A stretch of 64,000 bases of DNA, from the NCBI GenBank assembly GCA_951406725.2, contig OX597823.1, positions 42,346,001 to 42,410,000 on the forward strand. The letters are read 5' to 3'. Under the pieces are notes generated by a model, which was not told the DNA's origin, did no database searches, and saw nothing but the letters and a program-made list of their open reading frames with translations. Positions 1 through 13,310 of the stretch are shown piece after piece. Made by a program: the position numbers and the translations under genes. How positions within the stretch are numbered: the first letter of the stretch is position 1; each line of letters opens with the position of its first letter. Origin of the DNA: Octopus vulgaris. Its lineage: Eukaryota.

Positions 1-822
1 GTTACCAGTTTAGTTGCCAACGATCTGACCAGTAACAAATTGTACTATTGGGTTACAGGTTACCAGTAGCACTTGAGAGACCATTAGTTTCAACAATGAG
101 GACTCAGTCCAATCAAATGAATTATTTGTTCATTTGATCAACATGTAAGAGGCTGAGTATTCCACAAATATGTATACCCTTAACATAATTCTCAGGCAGA
201 ATCAGTGTGACAAATGTTTGACAGGGCTGTATCGTTTAAATTACAAGTACAATCCATCTGACTTGCTCCTTTGCAATTTCTGTCGTCCCAGTTTCACTGA
301 CAGAGTATAAGTTGACCTGAAGTTAAAAGAAATGACATTTACTCAAGGTGTCTCATAATGAGATCAAACCTGGGACCTTATGGCTGCAAGGCTAACTTCT
401 TTACCACACAGCCATAATGCACCTATAATATTTGGTATGCTATATGTAGGTATTATAATATTCATTATACACAAAACAAGCTGTCAAAATAAAACATACA
501 CTCAGGCAGACAATCAAATGTGAGAAATAGATAAACACTTGAGACACACTAGACAAAATGAAACAAAGATTTGAATACAAAGAAAGCAAAACAATTAAAA
601 TCTTGTGTTGATAGAAACTGATTTGGTTTTTGTTTATAAAAGACACTGTAAAAGCGATATTTAAGAAGTATGGCACAATATAGAAATCGTTGTTCTTTAA
701 ACTGAGGTCACTCTGAATCCAACATTAAGGTCATTTTACTCACATTTGCCATTCCCATGTATTGTATATCTAGGACTCCATTATTTAATGTAGTTCTTTT
801 ATATTAAGATGGTAAGGGTAAC

Positions 823-1210
823 TTAACCATTTTGTCACCACATTCTTTATTTCAATACATTTTTGAAATAATGAAGACTTTGATAAAATAACTTGATCAA
901 TATTAAGCAAGTGCTTGGAACTTAAATGAACATGAAAGTTTGATGCTAGATTTTCATTTAGATCAATTTAAGTCAGGAATTTTGTATCATAGGACCAGAG
1001 TCTGTTTCAGATGGATTGGTATCAAAAGACTTAATCCTATGTTAGTTTTGATAACGATAACATTACTGTTTAATCTTATTCTTACCATATTTTGGTTAGA
1101 ATACACAACCCAAGTTTCAATTAATTTAGGATAATGAAAAATTCATAAAAACATGAAGATTGTATCATAGAATTAGGGTCAGTGCCAGGTAGGTTGATTT
1201 CAAGAGTTAA
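823..1210. mobile_element. Two adjacent TTAA-flanked piggyBac-type MITEs (823-1034 and ~1070-1210); a related copy lies at ~12674-12929
   Basis: TTAACCATTTTGTCACC ... GGTATCAAAAGACTTAA ends, with internal similarity among the three copies. Confidence 0.6.
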
Positions 1211-3451
1211 AGAGGATTTAGTTACTATTTCAAGCAGGTTAAGTGGCCACATAGAGTCTTCTGCACTGATTCAGCAACTACCAATAAGATATAAAATATA
1301 CTGAAAGAATCACTGACCAAAAGAAATTAGACCACATTTGTTGCATGACAATATTATATTTAGAAGGAACTCTGCACACCAGTTATTTGAGAAAGTAGCT
1401 TTGTTAGTATTTAGTTGCAGGATCTCACCCCAACAATTCATCTTCTTAATTCACCTGCTACACATGTCCTCCACTCACTGCAATCTCTCCTCTATCTACT
1501 GCTCTCCTTTCACATTCTTGCAAACTTACCTACCCACTCAGCCTATCCAATCCTCTCTGCCACTGTTTTCACCTCCCTGTAACTTGAAGGTATGCCCCGA
1601 TATATTTTTTTTATCACCTCTCTCTCTCCTTTCTCTTTTTCAAATAGGGCAGCTATGTATTTCTGCTACAGCAAGACATCTGTTTCTGTCCTTCTATCAT
1701 ACTTTATTGATTTAACTCCTCATCACTTGGCACAAAGCCACTTCCCTCAATACTACTTCACCACCCTCTTCAATTCAGAGGTCATGTCTTGCGAGTTACT
1801 TGAGGACCTTACTAGAGCTGGAACCATGTAAAAGCATCCAGTACATTCTGTAAAGTGGCTGACATTAGGAAAACCATCCAGGCATGGAAACCATTATGAA
1901 GCAAGCAGTGGAGCTTACTGCAGTCCTCTGGCTTTCCAACTCCCATAGAACCATCCAGTTCATGCCAACATGGAAAATGGACATTAAAAGGCAATGATAA
2001 ATTACTGTATTTGGATTGTACAATATATCTTAGCCTATAGACGGCATCCATGCAAGTCTTTAGAATAAGATACAGGTGCTAAAACATGACAGTGCAGAAA
2101 ACCTGATGACATATATTAGAGTGACAGCCTGTGGCGTAGGAAAGAGGATAAAAGTATACTGGCAAGAACTAAAAGAGGAGAAGAGCTTGTCAGTACTTTA
2201 GTAATATGCCAAACTAGAACATGGGGATTCAATAGATAACATAGAAGTTAGGATCCTATCCATACATAGAACCAACACAACATTCAGATTACAGAAGTCA
2301 CACACATAATAGAAAGTAGACCAAGCCTCTACAGAAAACAAATGGAAGGGTAACACCACCATCCCATAACCTAATGACTAAAGACAGAATAGGGCACATA
2401 ATATGGGGACAGTTACAAACAGTGCTATATACATACCCATACACACAGGCACAGATGAAAATACATGCACGGACAGGTATATGTACCACAGAAAGACAAT
2501 ATAGAATAAAGAGAATAAAGCCAGAAAGAAGAGGAGAGATACAGACAAGAAGAAGAAATAGTCATTGGGGGGGGGGGGGTCACAGTATGTGTGATGAAAG
2601 AGATTTGACAAAATAACCAATAACTAATGATAGTAATCCTGAAGTGAAAGTCAAAAAGTGTGTGCATTTATTTACAAAATGACCATCCCCAAATATAACA
2701 ATATTTATTTCAACACAAGATTTCAAATCAAGAAACTAGCAAAGTAAATGCATGAATGAATCAATGTATGCATGCATGCATGCATGTATGTACGGACAGA
2801 TGGACGGATGGAAGGAAGGATGGAAGGACGGACAGACGGACGGACATTCTTAATTCTTCCACGATTGACCCAGCAGATCATTTTTCATGTGACAGCTGAA
2901 GGGAGGACAGAGGGTTACACCAGTATTTGGCTGGTACTCATTTTCAACTGAGTAAATGATAGAACTAACATGAATTGATATGCCTTTGCCCTAGGACATG
3001 AAGCACCGTGCATTTAAGGAATTGAACCCACAACCTTATAACAGTGAGCTGAGCACCCTAACCACCAAGCCATACACCTTCACTAGGCTTTTTGTACTAT
3101 CATGTTAACCAAGTAGTCTTTTAAAGCAACATTAGTATTCTAATTGGCATCATTATTTTTCAAGTCTGCAGTTAATTGAGCTAGATTCATAGAACATTTA
3201 AACATAAAGAATCACATTTAAATTGTCTTTATTCAACAAACGGAAATTACTTATAGAATAACCTGATTTTATTAGTATGTCCACTAGTGTTGCTGCTATC
3301 TTCATAACTAGTTTCTGCTACTTGTGTTGGCTGTAATAAAATTACTACCACTTAACGAAGTTATTCCAGCTATTACAACATTAATATTTAAAATAATGGA
3401 CAAGGAGTATACCTTCTCAGTTTAATAACCAATAATTTACTCTTTGATCTA

Positions 3452-4102
3452 AGGATACAGACTGTGTGATGAAGACGTTTGTTCCACAACTATGTGGTTT
3501 GAAGGTCAGTCCCACTTGGCCAAGTGTCTTCTACTATACTTGCAGGGACTGACCAAACCCTTGTGAATTAATTTGGCATATAGAAATTGAAAAGCAACTA
3601 GTCATATACAAGGGGTGCTGAAAAGTTCCTGGCTTTGGGTGAAAAAAAAAATACAGGAGGATCAGTTAATTATAATTTTATTCAACATATTCCCCTCTCA
3701 GATTCACACACTAATTACCACATCCCTTCAGTTTTTCTAAGCCCTGTAAATGGATTTAGAAAGTTGGGCCTCCAGCCAGGCCTTTTGTGATTTTCTTAAA
3801 GCCAGGAAGTTTTTCGCATGCACTCATGTATGTGTGTGTCCTTGTCTTGACATTGCTCACTGATTGTAAACAAACTTTACTGTTATACTCGCAGTAATAT
3901 TTGCTTGCAATTTTCCATGGAAACATGTATGGACAAGGGGAAACATTACTTTGCTTGGAGATAGGTGAAAGTTAGTGACAGGAAGAGTATTTGGTTGTAG
4001 AAACCCTATTGTTATAAATCTTGTTTGTACCATTCAAGCATGGGAAAACAGACATTACAATTTACAGTAATGACAATGGCAATAATGAAATGTGATGATG
4101 AT
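3452..4102 (+). mobile_element. tRNA-derived SINE family A (RTE-like tail ending in (GAT)n)
   Basis: Shared blocks CAAGTGTCTTCTACTATA, CCTTGTGA.T..ATTTGG, TTGCTTGGA.A.AGGTGA and CAAGCATGG. Other full or partial copies lie near 1730-1995, 5912-6310, 8080-8530, 9060-9440(-), 12295-12555, 18780-19470, 27890-27995, 32560-32790 and 40680-40830. Confidence 0.85.
3609..3828. mobile_element. Mariner-derived MITE nested in a SINE
   Basis: TA-CAAGGGGTGCTGAAAAGTTCCTGGCTTT ... AAAGCCAGGAAGTTTTTCGCATGCACTCATG-TA. Confidence 0.8.
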
Positions 4103-5145
4103 AATCATCCACACTATACACCAGTTATGGTTCTATCTCTATATCCACTCACCTACAGACTAACAGAATGTATAGAACAAATAAGGCCAAGAAGCAGACT
4201 AATATGAGTGGATGGATGGATGGATGGATGGATTTTCAGTGGTCGGAATATTTTTCTATGTAAATGAATTAATGCTCATTATAACCACCACTAACAATAA
4301 TACTATAAACACTAATATTAGTCTCAGATTTTAGCACAACACAAGCAATTTTGGGGAGAGAGTTGTTGATTATATCAACCCCAGTGTTCAATTGGTTCTT
4401 ATCATATTAACTCTGAAAGGATAAAAAGTAAAGTTGACCTCATCAGAATTTGAACTCAAGACATAAAGATGGACAAAGTGCCACTAAGAATTTTGTCTAG
4501 CATGCTAATGATTCTGCCGGCTTACTGCCTTACTATATACACTAATGCTATTACCACTAACAGCATCATTACTTCTATTCTGATAACTGCTACGTTATTA
4601 CTGCTTCAACGATTCATGCAGATACTAATGAAAAATTATGATTTGATGCTGCATGAACATTTTACACAAGGCAATTACATACATTAACATATTCTCCATG
4701 TTTACAATGCAATGCTTTGAATACTTAGCTTACTGCAGTAGGTCATGCACCAGCTTTTCAATGTGAAATAGCTGAAGCTAGTAATAAGTATTCTACCATA
4801 AAACACTTGCTTCAAATCCATGAAATTTTTTTGATTTTCAAAGTCACTGATTTCAAAGGTAACCATGATATTTTTCTTTTGAGGAACATTTTCAAAGAGG
4901 AATGTTATTGCTTTTCCCATTTCTTGTTCTTTTCCTCTCTTGCAACTATTTTGACAACTACACTAGAGTTGGTAGCATGAAAAAAAAGCACTAAGTACAC
5001 ATTGTAAAGTGGTTGGCATTAGAAAGGGCACCCAGCTGTAGAAACCATGCAAAAGCTGACACTATAACACAACTCAAAACCTGTGGTTTACCAAATCCTG
5101 TTAAACCATCCAACCCATGCCAGCATGGAAAATGGGCAGTAAATA

Positions 5146-5152
5146 ATGATGG

Positions 5153-5246
<94 letters not shown>

Positions 5247-5270
5247 GGTGGTGGTGGTGGTGGCGGCGGT
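5146..5270. repeat. Compound (GAT)n(GGT)n microsatellite, an expanded SINE tail
   Basis: Directly follows CAGCATGGAAAATGGGCAGTAAAT. It is the source of the poly-D, poly-H, poly-S and poly-M ORFs. Confidence 0.95.
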
Positions 5271-5439
5271 TTTGGTGGCACTTTCCAAAAGAAGGGAGAA
5301 GGAACAGAGATCCCATGCAGAATCTATTTCATTCAAGGAAAATATATTTGATGCCTTGCAGTTAATTTACCTTCAGGTTTATCATCTTTGTTGGTTGTCA
5401 TCATCCTCATTCCTTTTATGTCCATTTTACAATGCTCTC

Positions 5440-5890
5440 ATGATTTTGATGGGTCTTCCTTATCACAGCATTTTGGTATTTGCTGCTGTTTCTTGTCATC
5501 TCTTTTTAAGAATTTCAGTCAGAGATCATTTTCCATCACTTCTTCCTATCTCTTCCACAAGTTCCTTCTCCCTTGTTTGTTTGGCACCTCTTTACTCAAC
5601 TGCCATTATCTCTATATATAACATACATCCATACCAGTACTGTTTACTCTCTCTTGCACACTTCATTCAATTCCTCTTATTTTTTCTCTCAGCATATTTG
5701 TTCTTTGTCATATGTGTACACTAGCATTCAAATCCAACAGAATGCTTGATTTCTTTCTAGCCTTTTCACATCCTCCATGTTTCACTATCCTGCAGCTACA
5801 CATTTTGTACATAAGTGTCATACAATCAGCCTTTCACACAGAAAGAGAATCCCTCTGTTGCCTGCTGAAGTAAAAGCTCCTTGAGTTTTT
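5440..5890 (-). mobile_element. RTE-clade LINE 3' fragment
   Basis: Minus strand KLKELLLQQATEGFSFCVKG*LYDTYVQ...DSETW..EDVKRLERN resembles the post-RT region of RTE LINEs. Confidence 0.7.
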
Positions 5891-7278
5891 TTTTTCTATC
5901 ATATTAATATCCTTTTCCAATCACATAATTTCAAATTCAGTCTTGCTGCATGGCGACTCAGGCGAATGTCTTCTACTATAGCCCCAGGCCAACCAAAGCC
6001 TTGTGAATGGATTTGGTAGATGGAAACTGAAAGAAACCTATCATATATATCTATGCATGTATATATGCTAGTGTGTGTATTTGTCTCCCTGTCTTGAGAC
6101 TGTATGATAGTTGTAAATGAGTTTCACTCTCATACAAGCAGTGTCATTCATTTACAATGTTCTGCAGAAACATATCTAGTCTTTCTTAGAAACAAGTGAG
6201 TGTTGGCAACAGGGAGGGCATCCAGCCATAAAAAATCTGCCTCAATAAACTCCATTTGATCTGTGCAAGCATAGAAAAGTTGAGATTAAAACAATGATGA
6301 GGAGGAGGATTCTCCTGTGCATCTGCTACATGCAGTGCCTTCCTTCTGGGTTAGTCTTCCACTGATACAACTTTAATTCTTTCATGCCTAGGTTTACATT
6401 GCTGTATCTATATGACTGACTGAGTGATTAGTATATATTCCACGTTACTAGATAGTTTCAGCATTTCAATTACTACTCCATTGCCCAGCTACTACTTCTC
6501 ATTTCATATCTTTAATCAAGCTATTGACTTTAATGCTGTCAACTTCAATGACTAATATTTCTGTTGGATCTGCTTCAAGAGGTCTCCTGCTTTCTCTCTC
6601 TCCCACTTATTCTTCTCATTCAGCAACCTCTTGGATTAAAATTTCCATACTTATTTCTTCTCTGTATCATTGAGGGCAAGTTTGCTGTATCATCTATATA
6701 ATAAGTCTCTCTCTTCTTTCTTATCATATGCATCTACTGTACTTTTTTTAACTGGTTGAGGGATCTTTCTGCTTCTATATCTTCTTTCTTCACATTGTCA
6801 TCTATCCATCAGAGATTCTGGGCCCTGATAGATGGCCAAAATATTGCAGTGTTTACTATCTGACCATCATTACCAACTTTCATTCAGTCTGCTTCAGGTT
6901 TGATTTACTCTTTCTACAGGCCAACCAACTGATTCACTGTGCTTGTATGCCATCTCAGATACCCTCAGTTGCTTATTGTTAGCTACCATTACGGGCTGTG
7001 GTTCTCACTGTTATACTGCTGTTGTCCAGGTTTAGTAAAACCAAAAATATCTAACATTTAATAACTCACTAACAAATGTTATTGAATATTTCTCATTGGG
7101 TAAAACTCATTCAAACAATTTAATTAACAACTCAAAGCATTGCAATATAAACATGGGTACTAAAATGTTCTTTTATCCTGTGAAAATATTTCATTGTTCT
7201 GTAGGAAAAAATGCTTTTATCAAAATAGCAAAACATTTGAAAAATGATGAGAATTAAAAGATAAGTTTACAAGTTCAT

Positions 7279-7614
7279 AGTTTTGATCATAATCACAACC
7301 CTAATGGTGTGTCCACCAATATTAAATTGTGTGACTTTTCACTTTATGGGGTTGCTGTCTTGCATAACTCAGTGATTGGCATAATTGAAAGTAATAAATT
7401 ATGTATCAAAATGTTTAAATTTGCAGATCTTTTCAACCTATGCTAAAGTTTTGATCATAATCTCAAGCCTAGTGTTGTGTCCACAGATATCAAATTGTGT
7501 GGCATTTCACTTTACAGGATTGATGTCTTGTATAACCGAATGATTGCCATTACTGAAAATAGTAAATTATGTATTAAAAATAACAAATGTACAGGCCTTT
7601 CTAGCCCATACTAA
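7279..7614. repeat. Diverged tandem duplication, 168-bp unit x2
   Basis: AGTTTTGATCATAATC begins at 7279 and 7447, with colinear similarity throughout. Confidence 0.85.
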
Positions 7615-8151
7615 AAACATTATAAATAAAATAAAAAAACTTAAACATTTAAATATCCACCTTCTATCTCTCTCTCTCTCTCTTGATTTTATCTATTTAT
7701 TCCAAAGGAAGTAATGAATTTTGATAGTTTTGTTGCAAGTAATGAATACCATAGAACAAGAGATTAGAATTTTGGTGGTGGCATAAGACAAAATTGCAAT
7801 CCAGTATATGAAGCCTACAAATGAATAATTTCTCTTTTAATAAAACATGCATAAATGTCATGTAAGTCTGTTTTCCCTTTCTCTAAAACTATATGACCAA
7901 ATAAAAGATCTTAATATATGATAGTGTGAAAGAGTGTAGCATTCCTGATAGACATGATAGTTTACAACCAGAACTCATTTACGTTGAAAACATCAAAATA
8001 TTTTAAATTTCTGCCAATTCAAGACTGTTGCAAAAACCACTCAAAACAGCAGATAATAAATATAAAAATATTATATTAGGTGAGCTGAATGTAGGCTTGC
8101 TTCGTAGCCATGTGGTTTCAAGTTTGGTCCCACTGTGTGGCAGTGTTTTCT

Positions 8152-8385
8152 TATTTCTATATTGCCCACTAGGGGCTAAACACAGAGGGAACAAACAAGG
8201 ACAGACAAAGAGATTAAGTCGATTACATCTACCCCAGTGCATAACTGGTACTTAATTTATCGACCCCGAAAGGATGAAAGGCAAAGTTGACCTTGGCAGA
8301 ATTTGAACTCAGAATGTAACAGCAGATGAAATACTGCTAAGCATTTTGCCCAGCATGCTAAAATTTCTGCCAGCTTACCTTTAAT
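8152..8385 (-). mobile_element. tRNA-derived SINE family B inserted into a family A SINE
   Basis: Minus strand TGGCAGAA...GAGTTCAAATTC (B-box)...GCCTTTCATCCTTTCGGGGTCGATAAATTAAGTACCAGT. A 10-bp TSD AGTGTTTTCT is at 8142-8151 and 8386-8395. Other copies lie near 4320-4530, 13620-13800, 14710-14890, 23340-23560, 37184-37394, 42770-42930, 55560-55670 and 57010-57220. Confidence 0.9.
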
Positions 8386-9686
8386 AGTGTTTTCTATATA
8401 AAACTTTAATAGTATTTTCCATAGTGTTTTCTACTATAAGTCCTGCACTAACCAGTGACTTGTGAGGAAATTTCATGGATGGAAGTTGTATAAAACTGCA
8501 CCACGTGAATGTGTGTGTATTTGTGTTTTCAAGATGTCATTTCAGTTTCTTTATTTGAGCAAGAAACAGTGTTGACAGGTTTAAATTCAAGGTAAATATT
8601 ACATTCTGTATCTTTGAGGTTTTGAAATTAAGTGGGATAACCAAAAATCTCTAACTTGGAAAACAAGTACAAGTTTGTGACAGGAAGAGCATCTAGCCCC
8701 AAAATTTGCTTCAAATAAGAAGTCATCCAACCTTTCCAGTACAGAAATACAAGCATAATATGAACAAATTGTGTGTGTGTGACGGACTCTCCTGTCAAAG
8801 ATGATGTATGAGCATTCAGCTTTTTCTGAATGACCTGCACAAATGATTTGTTTATAGTGATGACTTTCTCCATCAAATCAGCGTTTTCTGAACATGTGCA
8901 CTGTGTACCACACATCAGGTGCTGAAATGATTACAGAGCGATGTGAGATGAAGTGTTTTGCTCAAAAACACAACACACCACCCAGTCTAGGAATTGAAAT
9001 CACAATCTTGCAATTGTAAATGCAACACCGTAACCACTAAACCATGCGCCCTCACACACACATATATACACACATCCACTTCCCATACTTGCATAGACCA
9101 GATGAAATCCATGGAGGCATGAGGCAGATTTTCCCACCAGTTTCCAAGAAAGGTAATATTTCCCCATAATCAGTTTTACTTTTTACAGAAGATTGGAAAC
9201 AACATCGCTTGTATGATAGTGATGTTTGTTTACAACAATGACATGATGTCGACCAGGATACAAAAATACACACACACACACAAATGATAGACTTCTTTCA
9301 GTTTCTATATATGAAATCTGCTCATAAGTCTTCATCCAGCCCTGGGCTATAGTAATAGATGCTTGCCCAAAACACTGAGCAATGAGATTGAGCACAAAAC
9401 CTTAAAACAACATGCTCAGAAAGGAAGCTTCTCAACCATATCGGGCTGTGTTATCAAACAGATATACAATGTATGTATCTGTGTTCGCCACCCCCATCAC
9501 CACTTTTCAACCAGTGTTGGTGTGTTTACATCCTCGTAGCTTAGCAGTTCGGCTAAAGAGACCGATAGAATAATTACTAGGCTTAAGAAATAATTCCTGA
9601 GGTCGATCTGTTCAACTAAAATCCTTCAAGGTGGTGCTCCAGTATGACTGCAGTTAAATGGCTGAAACAGGTAAAAGCACAAAAGA

Positions 9687-9753
<67 letters not shown>

Positions 9754-10701
9754 TACACACATACATATTCATTCCATTAATTCGTGCTTTTTGTCCATGA
9801 AATTTCCTGCCCAAGGCATTGATTGATATAAGTTTAAATTCCAGGGAAGTTTTTCACTATGACACTGTTGGTAAAAATGTTAAGGCAAAGATCTGAATGT
9901 TCAACTGTAAGCTTAAGCTCTGAAGATGATTAGAGAAGATACTGATTAAAATATATGAGGCCAGGAGATGAATGCATAATGTTGTAGTTATTAAGTCATC
10001 TAAGAAGCATAGGCTTGTAAATAGATTTGTAATATGTTGCAAAACTATTTTTAAGAAGGCTAAACTGCATTAGATGCCATTTTGCGATTTTACAAGGTAA
10101 AAAGAAAAGCAAGAAAGTGGCCATCATATTATCTTGAAAAAATAAAATATTAACAGTTATAAATAGCTAAAAAAAAATCGATTTACTGTTGTGGTGGGCA
10201 CTCTGCAGTATACATTGGTAATGTGATCAGTGGTCACAGAGCAAAAGGAGAGGTTTATGGTTCACGTCCCATCAGTTGGCCTGCTACATTTTTCTTTTTC
10301 TTTCAAAATGAGGTTTATAACATATATTATTTTAGATACGATAAGGTTTAAACTAATATATTTTTATTGAAAAACTTAGAACCATGCTTAATTTTTTTTT
10401 CCTTTTCTTTACATAAATCCTGTTCCGTTATTGGATATATTTTATTTTTTTTCTTTTTTTTTTTTCCTTCCATTCTTCTCTCTTAACCTGAAAGTTACTT
10501 TTAAAATGATAAGGTTTACAACTATAGAAGCATTAACTTCTTCAGCTGAAGTTTTCTTTAAGTTTTCTTTCACTTCCTAGAGTTATACCTCAATTAGATT
10601 CACATTTTATATTTTTTTTATTTCACTTTTAAAGTTATATCTTGTTTCTATGATCACATATATATATTATATATATATGTATAAAATATATATACATATA
10701 C

Positions 10702-10744
<43 letters not shown>

Positions 10745-11073
10745 TTGGTTAATTTCATTCTATCTTCTTTTTTCAATCTCTCCTTGGTTTTCCCTATCTT
10801 TATATTATCCCTATTTACTTTAATATCGCTTCTTAAGCAAATAACATATTTAACCTCATTTTCTTTGCTTTAGTTTGAGTTTAGATTTCATTAATTTTTA
10901 CATCATTATTATATTTGCTTTTATATTTTATTTTACTTCTTTTTCTGTATTTTGTATTTTGTTTTATTTCTTTTATGTATTTTTTAAAATTCCTTTTTTG
11001 TTCTTTTTTCGTTCTTCTTGTTTGCTTGGTTTTGTTACCTACATTACATAGAAAATACCCCTTTTCTTTGCAG

Positions 11074-11109
11074 AGCCTATTTTTATCGCAGGCCATATAC
11101 CTTATTTTG
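11074..11109 (+). CDS. Candidate 36-nt in-frame microexon (phase 1-1)
   Basis: cttttctttgcAG | AGCCTATTTTTATCGCAGGCCATATACCTTATTTTG | GTAAGA. It is open in the phase-1 frame (xPIFIAGHIPYF). About 165 nt of AG-free T-rich sequence precede it (10885-11049). Confidence 0.4.
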
Positions 11110-11393
11110 GTAAGATTTGCACAATTTTAACTGCAATCCCGAAAGCTGCATTTTTTTGGGTGTTTTTTTTTTCTTCTGATATTCCTATATAACTTTAAAT
11201 ATATAATAACAACCGAAAGCATGCAATCATACATACATATACACACACATATAGGGAATAATTATACAGATACATACATATATATAAAACATATTTTATA
11301 TAATTATAGATATACATATGATTAACACACACACACAAACGCACATATATATATAACATATTTTATATAATTATACATATATATATGCATACA

Positions 11394-11448
<55 letters not shown>

Positions 11449-13098
11449 TATAAACACGAGAAAAATATATGAACAAGTACATATAATTAACTATGTCAGC
11501 ACATATTCACACACTCATTTTTTAGCATAAAAATTTATATATATATATATATATATATATCAACACACACACACATACATACACACACACATATATATAT
11601 ATAGGTACCCATGGATGAAATTTCATGTCATTTTGCTTCAGTGATTTTGCAGCAAATTTCTCCTAACTTGTTATTATGTTAACATTATGTATTGAAAGTG
11701 TTTGCATCAAAGATTGCTGTTTACTTTGAATTCTTTATCCTCTCCAGGAATTTATATATGAGTGAACATACTTGCACGTTAGCTACATATTGTTGCTCTT
11801 TTCTTGTCCCTCTATTTTCATTTATTAATTTTTACCTTTTTTTTTTTTTTGCAGTGCAATATGTCTCCATATATATATATGGGCACACAAAATAATATGT
11901 ATGTGTGTGTGTGTGTGTATCATCTATTTATTAATATATGAAATGTGTATACAATTCTGCATGTAGTACATATATAAGTTAACTAAATATTTTATACAAA
12001 GGAATTAAATATAGAAAATGAGTGAAAACAAAGGCAACTAAGTGATTCAGAAAATGTTGCTTACCAATATTTGTTTTGCATTGTGTGTATACATGTACAA
12101 TATCATAGATTCCCAAACATCAGAAGAATGATAACCCACTTCTTAAAGACCAATTTTCTAAGGCTACAAATAATTCTCACTTCCAAGACTTGCTTTTACT
12201 CTCCAGCCATTCATTCCTGCTGACTTAATCTTCACAATTTGATAAATCAATTGCCTTTTTATTGTTTCTGTTTTGATAAAGGTGCTCTCACATGTGTGTG
12301 TGTATGTGCACCTTTATCTTGACATCACATGACTGTAAACGAGCGCTCTGTCATACAAGCAACATGTTCATTTCCACTCTTCTGTGATAAACGTGTGGCA
12401 ATTAGGAAATATCATCTTGCTTGGAAACAGGTGAGGGTTGGCAAAAAGAAGGGCATTCATCCATAGAAAATGTTCCTTTACCCATCCATTGCATCAGGAC
12501 CATGCAAGCATGGAAAAGTGGATATTAAAAGCTATGATGATGATGATGATGATGATCCTCCTTCTACTGGTTGCAATGAAGCAGACCCACCTCTTGGACT
12601 GTAAATCTTTCTTTCAGAAATCTTAAATGAAATTAGTTGTTTTTTTTTGTTTTTTGTTTTTTTGTTGTGGCTTTTAACTTTATGACCATATTTCTCACAA
12701 AATACTTCCAGTATGCTTCATTTAATGTTTAAAATAATGAATTAATTGGTGGGATCTACTGAAATAACAAATATTTCCATCATTAAGCAGCTGTTTGGAA
12801 CATATGTTCACAAAAGTTTCTTACATGAAATAATGATTGAATTTTTAAATTTACATAGTTATATTTTAAAATAGACAGTCTTGCATAAACCAAGGGCAGT
12901 GTCAGGTAGGCTGATATTGAAATGGTTAACTATTGCTTCTTTTTATTTTGTGTCAAGTTATCTTATAACTCTCCATTTTCTAGCTCTCTATTTCCCACTC
13001 CCTTTTCTTTCTACCTCATCCTTTTATAAGTGAGGTATTTTCCACTCTCCCTTAAGCAACTTATTGGCAACTAGCAGCAACCTAAAAGCTTTTTTCAT

Positions 13099-13310
13099 TA
13101 TTTACATTATTTACAATTGACAAATATTTGCCCTCATCTTGTTTGTTGTTAATACAATGTTTTTGGCTGATATACCCTCCAGCTTTCATCAGGTGTCTTG
13201 GGGAAATTTTGAACCTGGGTTCTCATTCCTAAGGTATTTTTCAATGTTGTTAATATTATTATTGTAAATAATGTATATAATTCCTCATCTCTTAAATATA
13301 GAACTGTATT
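13099..13310. mobile_element. Second insertion of the hammerhead element family (minus-strand body plus plus-strand tail)
   Basis: The body matches 30500-30650. The hammerhead at 13151-13197 on the minus strand is GACAC-CTGATGA-A-AGCTG...CAGCC-AAAAA-CA-TT-GTATT. The same tail AATTCCTCATCTCTTAAATATAGAACTGTA is present. There is a 12-bp TSD AGCTTTTTTCAT (13087-13098, 13311-13322). Confidence 0.85.

Noticed and set aside
4991-5724. ORFs with poly-D, poly-H, poly-S/P and poly-M runs
   Set aside because: They are translations of a (GAT)n(GGT)n SINE tail, with no splice or domain support.
11748-11900. Strong acceptors at 11747 and 11854 as cassette exons
   Set aside because: Both hit stop codons in the phase-1 frame, and one contains an (AT)n tract.
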